Below, piece by piece: positions 20,280 to 29,094 of a stretch of DNA of 64,000 nucleotides. The translations under genes were made by a program, and so were the position numbers. Source of the stretch: an uncultured Pseudomonadales bacterium (lineage in GTDB: Bacteria; Patescibacteriota; Microgenomatia; UBA1400; MFAQ01); contig CAYHNG010000004.1 in the NCBI GenBank assembly GCA_964357975.1, positions 6,380 through 70,379 of the forward strand. The letters run 5' to 3'. Numbering within the stretch: the stretch's first letter is position 1; the number at the start of each line of letters is the position of its first letter. The notes under the pieces were generated by a model. The model was not told the DNA's origin and made no database searches. It worked only from the letters and a program-made list of their open reading frames with translations.

Positions 20280-20846
20280 ATGAAAACATTAACAAAACTT
20301 CTCAACAATAACATGAAAAGTTATGAAATACGTGTTCGCCCGACCGTTCTGCCGATATTTTTTGAGAAATGGGCTTCGATGCTCTTTCTCCCCTTACGCG
20401 TTTGGCTCGGTTGGGAGTGGTTGACATCAGGCTATCACAAGCTATTTAATCCTGCCTGGATGGTCAGTGGAGAAGCCTTAAAGGGTTTCTGGGCCAAAGC
20501 TGTCGTTGTTGATGATGGCAAAGGCGCCATTACTTACGATTGGTACCGTTCATTCATTCAGTATCTGTTCGATATTCAGGCTTATACCTGGTTTGCCAAG
20601 TTGGTCGCCTGCGGAGAAATTATGGTCGGTATCGCTCTTATTATCGGGGCCTTTGTCGGCGTGGCCGCCTTCTTCGGTGCCTTAATGAACTGGAACTTTA
20701 TGATGGCCGGAAGTGCATCGACCAACCCCATGTTGTTTTTGGTCTCCATTTTTCTTATTCTGGGTTGGAGGGTTGCCGGCTATATCGGCGCAGACTACTT
20801 TCTACTGGCTTGGCTCCGCCAACGGCTCCATCCAATTTATCGCTAA
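20280..20846 (+). CDS. DoxX/DoxD family membrane protein
   Basis: LRVWLGWEWLTSGYHK, GEIMVGIALIIG, NFMMAGSASTNP and AGYIGAD. The start could be 20313. Confidence 0.8.
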   Translation: MKTLTKLLNNNMKSYEIRVRPTVLPIFFEKWASMLFLPLRVWLGWEWLTSGYHKLFNPAWMVSGEALKGFWAKAVVVDDGKGAITYDWYRSFIQYLFDIQAYTWFAKLVACGEIMVGIALIIGAFVGVAAFFGALMNWNFMMAGSASTNPMLFLVSIFLILGWRVAGYIGADYFLLAWLRQRLHPIYR

Positions 20847-20906
20847 TTTTTCTCTCTACTTTTCTCAAATATCGTCCACCATGCAAACTAGTCATATAAT
20901 TATGCT

Positions 20907-22154
20907 ATGAACATAGAGTTTGAAAATAAATTCGAAGAGGAGGTCATCTATCTGGGTCTGGGCGAAAAAGCATATCTGGAAACTCTTCAATCTTCCCCGA
21001 CAATCAAAGAAAGATTAAGAATTCTTCATGCAGATCCCAAGAACGTCGAAGCTCGACAGCGGATGCTACGGGCAGTTCTGAGACTTGATTATGTTTTGAC
21101 AGAAAAAGATCAACAAAATGATAAACGGTCATACGATGTACTATTAGTGGAAGAAGTCAGGCAAATTGCTTTGGATATGGTCCAGGCCCTCCCTGCGGAA
21201 AAACAAGAAGAGGCTCTCCAATTTATCAAGATTCTTGATGAGTCTCCCTGGCTATATTTTCATCTTGATAGAACCGGTAAGTCTATTGTAGATTTTTTTG
21301 AAAACACCAAACAGGCCATCAACGGAGAGAGTGTGTTGTTAACTGCAAGACAAATAGACCTTATGGAGTTTGTTGGGAGGACTCATGATATTGGCAAATT
21401 ACTTGGTTCTCTTAACGCCCAAATTGACCCCGATCATGAAATCATTTACCGTGAAATTATCGGTAAACATCTCGAAGGTAAGACTTTCGTAACTCACGAC
21501 GGACGGAAAATAGTCTTTAGCGCCAATGATGTTCAATTTATTACCGGTGTGGTTTCCTTACATGAAGATAATTGGCGGGAAGAAGGCTTCGCCCATCAAG
21601 CGGAGTTTCTGAGAAAATCAAACGATATCCGCAATCCGGAAGTGGCTCCTGCACGAGGTAGATCCATTCTTCACTTCATTGATATCTTTGGTGACGCGGT
21701 CAGATTTCAAGACGGAACTCTAAAAATCGTCGACGAAAAAGCCTTTGAGAAACGCTTTATCGATCTCTTCAGACGCCACATTAAGCTCCCCATCGTCTCG
21801 AGCGAGACCAAGTTGGTTGCGGTGGACGGTGAGCTAAAAGAGGAAAAGTTTTTTACAGATTGGTCACTTGGGAAAGTCCTTCGTCCGCAATGGGGAGAGC
21901 ACGGAGTCGCAGGATTGACCTGGACCTTCGGCATTCTCAAAGAAGAATGGGGTATAGATATTGATCCCGGTCTTATCCCGGCAGTTCAAGAAGGGATCGT
22001 TCGGGTTCTCCGGGAAGCGGAGGCGGCCATCAAAGGGGTCAGACAGAAAAATCCAAAATATAGCTACAAACAGGTAACCGACCCCGAAACCATACAGGAC
22101 GAACTTACCCTCGACCTGGAAAAGATTCAGCACTCCCTTTCGGCTCTGAGATAA
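20907..22154 (+). CDS. Hypothetical protein with probable HD domain
   Basis: H...THDIGK...DH...LH...D pattern typical of HD metal-dependent hydrolases. Confidence 0.6.
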   Translation: MNIEFENKFEEEVIYLGLGEKAYLETLQSSPTIKERLRILHADPKNVEARQRMLRAVLRLDYVLTEKDQQNDKRSYDVLLVEEVRQIALDMVQALPAEKQEEALQFIKILDESPWLYFHLDRTGKSIVDFFENTKQAINGESVLLTARQIDLMEFVGRTHDIGKLLGSLNAQIDPDHEIIYREIIGKHLEGKTFVTHDGRKIVFSANDVQFITGVVSLHEDNWREEGFAHQAEFLRKSNDIRNPEVAPARGRSILHFIDIFGDAVRFQDGTLKIVDEKAFEKRFIDLFRRHIKLPIVSSETKLVAVDGELKEEKFFTDWSLGKVLRPQWGEHGVAGLTWTFGILKEEWGIDIDPGLIPAVQEGIVRVLREAEAAIKGVRQKNPKYSYKQVTDPETIQDELTLDLEKIQHSLSALR

Positions 22155-22459
22155 AATCATAGAGAAATCTCCTGTACTTATCGACGTTTTATGTATAATC
22201 CTGCTATGGCCACGAGTAACGAATCACACGCTAATGACATTCTCGATGTATCGGGTGCTTGCTAAAGCTCATCTACCATTCATTTGTGAATCGCTATACA
22301 GAACGCCACAGGCTCAATTTTCAAATGAAAATAACTATTTCGAACCTCAAGTCTTAGAGGTTCGTAATAATACCCTACTATAATTTGACGACGAAATCTT
22401 GTTTTCCTGATAGTAATCATTCACCCCCCCCAGAGAGAGGGAGGTGATATGATCGGGAT

Positions 22460-23869
22460 TTACTGCTCGCAGTTTACAAACCCTTTGAATGTAGCAGTAA
22501 TTTTGTTAGTTCCTGGTTTATCGTTGCAGGAATTCACGGAACCACCAGATTTCTTACCGGCAAGATCATAACTATCTATACGTACCTTGGCATAATTCCA
22601 AGTTTTGTATTGATTATTGCTACCACCTTGGCAGGATGAAACATCCCATACAGGGATGATGATATCCCTAGTTTTCAGCTTATCAAGGGCTGATCCAACA
22701 CCAGAGGAATTGCTTACACCCGGCTTAGTCTTAATCCAGTCTCCAACTGATAAGGTGTGATCGTTAGCGTTATTTGGATTTACGTAGGTTTTGCTATCGC
22801 CTGGAGGTGTAAGACTAGTTGAAAGTGTAGGCTCACTAACACTTCCTGCCCAAGTAAGCCAACCGAAGCTACCACTACCGGTTCCGTTCCATATGTCGGA
22901 TAGAACCTGACCAGGTCTCGCGTTGGCAACGGTATCCTTGTTTAGGGCGATAGGATAAAGGTCACACTTGACTACAACTGGCTTTTCGGGACACTTCAGT
23001 GTCATAACGTAATCGTCACCTGGCCAAGCGGCTCTGGTGTAATGTTTCCATGTCGACGATCCACTCGTCCAGACGATTTCATCACCACCAGCAGCAGCTA
23101 AATTAGAAATATTATTAAATTCCGGAGGTGTTGTCCATTGGCCATCAAATGGGTAATCCACACCGTGGACTGGTGAGCCACCATTGGTCAAATAAGGCTG
23201 ATCAGGAGCGATTCGAAGATCTCCGTTGGTAAACGCAACTGTAGTAGCTCCAGTCAGGCTCATGACAGCATCGATACCCTGAAAAGGCCTTTTGGGAGCG
23301 GGTATCTCTTCAACGGCTGAAATGGCGTGAGCAATAACGATCCTACCATCTCCAATTCTTGTTAATCCAAGACCACGTACTTTAAGACTTGATCTGTAAC
23401 CTGGATTATCGTGGATCCAAACTCCGTTGGCGTCAGTCAAAGGTATCATCGCCAGATCCCCATAATTTTTGAAAGGTGCACCGGTGGAGTCACCGACCCA
23501 GCCAACACTGGTTATGGGTTGGACGGTTTCACAGAGGCGACCTTCTTTGCAATAAGTTCCGGTGTAATCGACCTTGAGAAAGACTTGTCTCTTACAAGCG
23601 GGAATCGAAGCGGAACCGGCTAGAAGTTTATTGTCGCTTGCAGTGATGCCAACATTAAGGTCACCGGCGGCACCACCACCATATACTTCAATGCATTCAC
23701 CTTCTGAATTGGGAGTACATTTTACCTCAGCAGCCTTACCCCTAAGATCTTTTTCTTGTTGCGCTCCGTAAACAACCACTCCTAATATTGAAACTGCCAA
23801 TATCCCCAGAAATAACTTCGCGAAAATAAGGAATGGTTTCTTTTGTTTGTTGTAGCTCTTTTGTGGCAT
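22460..23869 (-). CDS. Membrane-anchored or secreted protein
   Basis: N-terminal TM helix followed by QQEKDLRGKAA. Cys/Gly/Ser/Thr-rich beta-type ectodomain. Confidence 0.75.
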   Translation of the reverse strand: MPQKSYNKQKKPFLIFAKLFLGILAVSILGVVVYGAQQEKDLRGKAAEVKCTPNSEGECIEVYGGGAAGDLNVGITASDNKLLAGSASIPACKRQVFLKVDYTGTYCKEGRLCETVQPITSVGWVGDSTGAPFKNYGDLAMIPLTDANGVWIHDNPGYRSSLKVRGLGLTRIGDGRIVIAHAISAVEEIPAPKRPFQGIDAVMSLTGATTVAFTNGDLRIAPDQPYLTNGGSPVHGVDYPFDGQWTTPPEFNNISNLAAAGGDEIVWTSGSSTWKHYTRAAWPGDDYVMTLKCPEKPVVVKCDLYPIALNKDTVANARPGQVLSDIWNGTGSGSFGWLTWAGSVSEPTLSTSLTPPGDSKTYVNPNNANDHTLSVGDWIKTKPGVSNSSGVGSALDKLKTRDIIIPVWDVSSCQGGSNNQYKTWNYAKVRIDSYDLAGKKSGGSVNSCNDKPGTNKITATFKGFVNCEQ

Positions 23870-23978
23870 AGCTTTTAACTGATACTAATTATAAATAATA
23901 CTAAGTCCCAAAAATCAGTTTGTCAAATATGTGTATGAGTCGCATACATATTATTTTTTTCTGCGGCCCACATTCCTA

Positions 23979-24014
23979 CGTCATCTCGAGCGAAGTCGAG
24001 AGATCTCACTCCAT
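23979..24014 (+). repeat. GTCAT-tagged REP-like palindromic element 1
   Basis: CGTCATCTCGAGCGAAGTCGAGAGATCTCACTCCAT, which aligns with the copy at 42714. Confidence 0.7.
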
Positions 24015-24036
24015 TCCAATTCGGTCGGGATGTTCT

Positions 24037-24063
24037 TGTCATTCCCGCGAAGGCGGGAATCCA
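24037..24063 (+). repeat. GTCAT-tagged REP-like palindromic element 2
   Basis: TGTCATTCCCGCGAAGGCGGGAATCCA, with an ATTCCCGC/GCGGGAAT stem. Confidence 0.75.
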
Positions 24064-24167
24064 TCAAATTATTCACCACAACTTCGCATTGAGCGAATCA
24101 TTGAGACAGCATTTGGCCTGTCGGCCAAAGTGCCTGCTTCGCAGGCAATAAAACACTTGATAAACTT

Positions 24168-24434
24168 TCAAAAATCTTTTCTATCCCTAATTCTCCCGTC
24201 TCTTCCGTGAATAAAAAGCGATGATCCTTGATTCTTAGCCATAATCTCTGCCGTATTTTTTGCCTCTTGTTGAGTACCGAAGATCTTCGCAGCACGTTGA
24301 GATCCGGCTTTCTTTACAATCCAAGCTCCATTTTTTGGAAGTACATGCTGGCTTTCTCTACCCTTTTGGACAGCCTCTTTGTAAGACTTAATTTGAGGGT
24401 GATTCTGGTCTGTGGTAAGTGTGATTTTCCGCAT
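24168..24434 (-). CDS. DUF2188-like small protein
   Basis: HVLP..GAWIVKKAGSQRA...TQQEA...A.....LFIHGRDGRIRD pattern. Confidence 0.75.
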   Translation of the reverse strand: MRKITLTTDQNHPQIKSYKEAVQKGRESQHVLPKNGAWIVKKAGSQRAAKIFGTQQEAKNTAEIMAKNQGSSLFIHGRDGRIRDRKDF

Positions 24435-24435
24435 A

Positions 24436-25045
24436 CTATCCGATTAACTGCTCATTAACAATTTTGATTATATCAGCTTCACTCATCTGTATCTTATTAA
24501 GGTATTGCAATAATTCTTGACGATCATTGAACAAAAGTTCCTTAAAAACCATTTTTTGACTTCTCGTATTAAGAGCTCTCAATTAAATTGATTTCTAAAT
24601 CTGGGAAATTCTCTGAGATCCAAAGTAATGTTTTTCTTGATCCGGAATGTGTCCTGTAAAAATGTGAAGAGCTGAATCTTCTGTCTCTGTGTAGAAATGC
24701 ACTGAAAGCTCTTCCGAGATCATCGGGAATAACCGAAAAAATCACAGGCTCTTTACCAGATTTAATAATCTTCTCTATTTTTATCCTTGCCCCTTCAGGC
24801 GTTTGAAGAGTTCCGTCAAAAATAATGTATTGACGATTTCCTAGTTGCGTCATCAAAAACTCTGTTTTTCCTGAGGCTGAGCCGCCGTTCAGTAAAACCA
24901 CCTTGTTAATACTACTAGTCTTCAATACACTCGCAAATTCCTTATCGGCTTTCTTGGCCGAGACAGAATGAAATTCTTCAGCCTTTGCCGGAGAATAATT
25001 GGGAAGTGATTTCTTTATTTCATCAGCTGAAATGATTACTGCCAT
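24436..25045 (-). pseudogene. Zeta-toxin-like P-loop kinase, frameshifted near the 3' end
   Basis: ISADEIKK, NGGSASGKT and IIFDGT motifs. Frame 0 stops at 24569, and the +1 frame continues open to TAG at 24436. Confidence 0.6.
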
Positions 25046-25070
25046 AATATAATTATAGATACTAACAATT

Positions 25071-25475
25071 ATGAGCAACAAAACAGACGATTTTGATTTT
25101 CAAGTCTTCACCAAGGCTGGACAAGTTGGTAAAAAATTTAGATATTACGTCCTATTCACCACAATCAATGATAAAAAACTAACTGATCATGACAAAGAGA
25201 TTATTGAATATACTCTCGATTTAGTAGACAAAAGATATAAGAGCAAAGTCGAATCTATTTCATATGGTGATGACACTTACGTTCATCTACATTGGCTAAT
25301 CCCAGACAATGTCGCCGAACAAGCAATATGTGATCTATTCCTAGATGCTGTTTCATCTAAATTCTGTATTCTAAACTATCATTTTAATAGTTCAAACATA
25401 GACGATTTTACAAAACAAGACATCATCAAATACAAAAAATTCTTAAAAACCATTAAGAATGAGAGGGATGACTAG
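25071..25475 (+). CDS. Divergent IS200/IS605 TnpA (Y1 HUH)-like protein
   Basis: YYVLFTT, GDDTYVHLHWLIP and C-terminal DIIKY follow the TnpA layout in 134 aa. Recognised by eye only. Confidence 0.45.
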   Translation: MSNKTDDFDFQVFTKAGQVGKKFRYYVLFTTINDKKLTDHDKEIIEYTLDLVDKRYKSKVESISYGDDTYVHLHWLIPDNVAEQAICDLFLDAVSSKFCILNYHFNSSNIDDFTKQDIIKYKKFLKTIKNERDD

Positions 25476-25558
25476 TCTTTTGAAGTGACTTTCTGAGAAA
25501 AGGAAGCCAAATCTCTACCTTTTAAGATCCCAGAAATCTGGGCGAAATTTATTTAAGG

Positions 25559-25631
25559 TGACCCCGGCGGGACTCGAACCCGCGATATTCAGGATGAAAA
25601 CCTGACGTCCTAACCACTAGACGACGGGGCC
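25559..25631 (-). tRNA. tRNA-Glu(TTC)
   Basis: Cloverleaf GGCCCCG...TCAGG-TTTTCAT-CCTGA...GGTTCGAGTCC...CGGGGTC-A. No encoded CCA. Confidence 0.95.
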
Positions 25632-25645
25632 AAATGTTAACAAAG

Positions 25646-25719
25646 TGGGTCAGGCGGGACTCGAACCCGCGACACCCTGCTTAAAAGGCAGGTGCTCTAA
25701 CCGACTGAGCTACTGACCC
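25646..25719 (-). tRNA. tRNA-Lys(TTT)
   Basis: Cloverleaf GGGTCAG-TAGCTCAG...CCTGC-CTTTTAA-GCAGG...GGTTCGAGTCC...CTGACCC-A. No encoded CCA. Confidence 0.95.
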
Positions 25720-25775
25720 ATGATAACTTACAAGATTATTTTAAGGTAATTTTGGGATCTAGATAAGGTGCCTTT

Positions 25776-25830
25776 TGAGCTACCCGCCTGCAGTAGTTAT
25801 CGCTACAGCGATTGCGGGCAGGCTGACCCA
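25776..25830. repeat. Duplicate of the tRNA-Lys 5' end split by a 40-bp palindromic insert
   Basis: TGAGCTA + [25783-25822] + CTGACCCA. The joined flanks equal 25706-25720 exactly. Confidence 0.65.
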
Positions 25831-25926
25831 AGAACCACGCTCATATTTTATCATTTACAGGGTACAAAATAAACCTGAAAAGGTAACTGGTACTTATTGG
25901 GCTTTCTGTGGCTGTACAATCAAATT

Positions 25927-26397
25927 ATGAAGATTTTAGGTATCGATCCCGGAACGGGCAGGGTAGGGTGGGGGATAGTCAATCACAATAAAGGGGTTGA
26001 CACTTTTGTAGACTGTGGCTGTTTCGAGACCAAAACCAACTCGGAACTCCCGGATCGATTGGCTCGAGTTTATGAGTTTATCGAAAACCTCATCAATCAG
26101 CATCATCCGGACGCTTTTGCCGTAGAATCGCTCTTTTTTGAAAAAAATGCCAAAACTGCGATCGACGTGGCCGCCGCCAGAGGAGTTATTCTATTAGCGG
26201 GGCAACAAGCTCTTCTACCAATTTTCCAGTACACCCCACTTCAAATTAAATCAGCCCTTACTGGCTATGGCAAAGCAGAAAAAAGCCAAGTGGAGTTCAT
26301 GGTGGGAAAGATATTGCATCTAAAAGAGAAAATAAAACCGGATGATGCTGCCGATGCGGTGGCCATTGCTCTTACTCACGCCTTTCGGGTTCGGTAA
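25927..26397 (+). CDS. ruvC: Holliday junction resolvase RuvC
   Basis: ILGIDPG, AVE, ARGV, TGYGKAEKSQV and DDAADAVAIA motifs. Confidence 0.95.
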   Translation: MKILGIDPGTGRVGWGIVNHNKGVDTFVDCGCFETKTNSELPDRLARVYEFIENLINQHHPDAFAVESLFFEKNAKTAIDVAAARGVILLAGQQALLPIFQYTPLQIKSALTGYGKAEKSQVEFMVGKILHLKEKIKPDDAADAVAIALTHAFRVR

Positions 26398-26417
26398 GGG
26401 TCTGCTAGAATGGGTCT

Positions 26418-26975
26418 ATGATTGGCTATCTGGAAGGCGAAATCAAATATGCGAGCAAGGGCAGAATAATTCTTTTTGCCAACGGTATCGGCTTTACGGT
26501 ATTTATACCCCAAAGCTTAGTCTTTTTAGAAAAAGATTTTGCCAAGCTTTTTATTCACACCCATTTACGTGAAGACAATCTATCTTTATTTGGCTTTTCC
26601 ACCGCTACCGACCTAGATCTGTTCGAACTTCTTATTAGCGTTTCCGGCGTTGGTCCCAAGATTGGACTTGCCATCTTTACCGCTACCGATGCTCCCAATA
26701 TTATCAAGGCCATCAAAACCAGTAATCTTAGTTTTTTCAACTCAATTTCCGGTGTCGGAAAGAAGACCGCTCAAAAAATAATCTTGGATTTAAAATCAAA
26801 AGTTGGTAAGGGAGAAATAAATATGAAAAATCTGGAAGGATCATCGGAATTGATTGATTCTTTGGCTTCACTTGGGTTTCAAAAACAAGAAATTCTACCC
26901 ATTATCGTGGAGATTGACAGTTCGCAACCGTTACCCGCACAAATTAAATCGGCCCTCAAATTACTTAGAAAATGA
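26418..26975 (+). CDS. ruvA: Holliday junction branch migration protein RuvA
   Basis: MIGYLEG, LFGF, VSGVGPK and GVGKKTAQKIILDL motifs. Confidence 0.95.
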   Translation: MIGYLEGEIKYASKGRIILFANGIGFTVFIPQSLVFLEKDFAKLFIHTHLREDNLSLFGFSTATDLDLFELLISVSGVGPKIGLAIFTATDAPNIIKAIKTSNLSFFNSISGVGKKTAQKIILDLKSKVGKGEINMKNLEGSSELIDSLASLGFQKQEILPIIVEIDSSQPLPAQIKSALKLLRK

Positions 26976-27931
26976 TAAATCAATTCGAGTCAACTAGACC
27001 ATCCACTTGGCTTGATTTCTCCGGACAACCTCAAGTAGTCAAATCCCTGAAGATTGCCATCTCCGCCGCCAAGTCCAGAAACGAGCCAATGGAGCACACA
27101 CTTCTTTACGGTCCTCCTGGTCTTGGTAAAACAACTCTCGCCCACATTATTGCCAATGAAATGGGTGTCAATCTCAAAATAACTTCCGGACCGGCCCTTA
27201 CCCGCGCCGGGGACCTTGCCTCAATCCTGACTGCCCTAGAGCCCGGAGACGTTCTGTTTATTGACGAGATACATCGCTTAAACAAAACTGTCGAAGAGGC
27301 GCTTTATCCGGCCATGGAAGATTACGCGGTAGACATAATCTTGGGAAAAGGTCCGGCCGCAAAAAATCTCAGACTGGACCTGAATCCTTTTACCTTAGTG
27401 GGAGCCACTACCCAAGCCGGGAAAATCAGTTCACCCCTTCGTGACCGTTTCGGTATCGTTCACCGTCTGAGATTCTATGTTCCCGAAGAACTTCAGGGTA
27501 TCATTCAAAACGCCGCCGAAAAAATTAATCTCCGGTTGGATGATCAGTCTACTTTGGAAATAGCTAAACGTTCTCGAGGAACCGCACGTATTGCTCTCAA
27601 GTTGCTTCGTCGTGTTCGTGATTACACCCTAGTCGAAAACAACTCTATCACCTCACCGGACAATATCAAAACATCGCTGGATTTCTATCAAGTGGATCAA
27701 GAGGGTTTAGACGAAACGGATAGAAGGCTGCTTCGGGCTATTATCGAGCAGCATGCCGGAGGGCCGGTCGGCCTGGAAACTCTCGCCGCCCTTATTTCCG
27801 AGTCTGTCGATACCATCACCGATCTTTACGAACCTTATTTGCTTCAATCGGGTTTTATTTCCAAGACCGCCAAGGGGAGAGTCGCTACTCCCAAAGCCTA
27901 CGATCATCTTGGACTAAAATCAAAGACGTAA
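26972..27931 (+). CDS. ruvB: Holliday junction helicase RuvB
   Basis: GPPGLGKTTLA, FIDEIHRL, PLRDRFG and GGPVGL motifs. Confidence 0.97.
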   Translation: MINQFESTRPSTWLDFSGQPQVVKSLKIAISAAKSRNEPMEHTLLYGPPGLGKTTLAHIIANEMGVNLKITSGPALTRAGDLASILTALEPGDVLFIDEIHRLNKTVEEALYPAMEDYAVDIILGKGPAAKNLRLDLNPFTLVGATTQAGKISSPLRDRFGIVHRLRFYVPEELQGIIQNAAEKINLRLDDQSTLEIAKRSRGTARIALKLLRRVRDYTLVENNSITSPDNIKTSLDFYQVDQEGLDETDRRLLRAIIEQHAGGPVGLETLAALISESVDTITDLYEPYLLQSGFISKTAKGRVATPKAYDHLGLKSKT

Positions 27932-27957
27932 ATAATTGAGATTGATATAATCTTGGT

Positions 27958-29094
27958 GTGCGCACTCTTTTGTTTATTATCGGTACCTTTATCTATCTAT
28001 CATCCGTGACCTCTGTCTCGGCAATTTACGACCCCTTTTCTGTTTCCAACAACAAAATGGGTATTCATATTCTCTTTCCGTCAGAGCTTCACACAGCCGC
28101 TCAAATGATCAATAACGCGGATAAAGGCTCTTGGGGTTATGTCACCATCCCAATTCAAGCTTCGGACAGAAATCGTAAAAAATGGCAGGATTTTCTAAAT
28201 CAGTGCTCAATCGAACGAATTATTCCCCTAATTCGTGTCGCGACCGTACCCGATGGATCAAATTGGCAAGAACCAAACAATTATGATTTAGTTGATTTTG
28301 CCAACTTTCTGAGCGACTTAAAATGGCCAATTCAAAACCGCTACATAATAATATTTAACGAGGTTAATAGACCAGATGAATACGGAGGCATGGCTAATCC
28401 GGAAAGGTATGCAGATATCCTGAACAATGCGGTTGATATTTTTAAGGCAAGATCTCCCGATTTTTTCATATTACCGGCCGGCCTGGACAACGCCGCCATT
28501 TCTCGAGGTGGAGCTTTACATTGGAGCACCTTTCTTAGTCGCATGCATCAACAACAGCCTGATATTTTTAATAAAATCGATGGCTGGACTTCCCATGCTT
28601 ACCCGAATCCGGATTTTTCGGCTCGACCAAATCTCTCCGGTAGTAATAAAATCGATTCTTTCCGCTATGACCTTCAGTTTCTGAAAAGATATACCATCAA
28701 GAAGTTACCCGTATTTATTACCGAAGCGGGCTGGTCGAACAAAAACCTTTCGGATATTCAAGTTTCCTATTACTATCAATACGCTTTTTCCAAAGTCTGG
28801 TCCGATCCACGCATCGTTGCCGTCACTCCGTTTCTGCTCAACGCCCAAGATGGTCCTTTCAAACAGTTTTCTTTTCTCAATCAAAAACAGGAAAAAAAAG
28901 AGTTTGCTAACACTATTTCGGTTCTTGCACAAAACGGACTGCCCATTATTCCGGCTGCCGAAACACCTCCCGAATTGAAAGAAGAATCTGTCGTCATTAC
29001 TCAATTTGACCCGGTAACCTCTCAAACAGACCCCTATTTAAACCTTAAATCGTTCTACAATAACCTTAAGTCATTATTTGGCATCATAGATTAA
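27958..29094 (+). CDS. Secreted clan GH-A glycoside hydrolase-like protein
   Basis: Signal peptide, FNEVN (acid/base), SHAYP and ITEAGW (nucleophile). Confidence 0.7.
   Translation: MRTLLFIIGTFIYLSSVTSVSAIYDPFSVSNNKMGIHILFPSELHTAAQMINNADKGSWGYVTIPIQASDRNRKKWQDFLNQCSIERIIPLIRVATVPDGSNWQEPNNYDLVDFANFLSDLKWPIQNRYIIIFNEVNRPDEYGGMANPERYADILNNAVDIFKARSPDFFILPAGLDNAAISRGGALHWSTFLSRMHQQQPDIFNKIDGWTSHAYPNPDFSARPNLSGSNKIDSFRYDLQFLKRYTIKKLPVFITEAGWSNKNLSDIQVSYYYQYAFSKVWSDPRIVAVTPFLLNAQDGPFKQFSFLNQKQEKKEFANTISVLAQNGLPIIPAAETPPELKEESVVITQFDPVTSQTDPYLNLKSFYNNLKSLFGIID

Noticed and set aside
23920-24210. 96-aa plus-strand ORF
   Set aside because: It is largely a translation of the REP-like repeats (VISSEVERS, CHSREGGNP) and has no expression signals.
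25516-25770. Imperfect inverted repeat flanking the two tRNAs (ACCTTTTAAGATCCCAG / TTGGGATCTAGATAAGGT)
   Set aside because: Short and gapped. It could be a processing stem but cannot be distinguished from chance.
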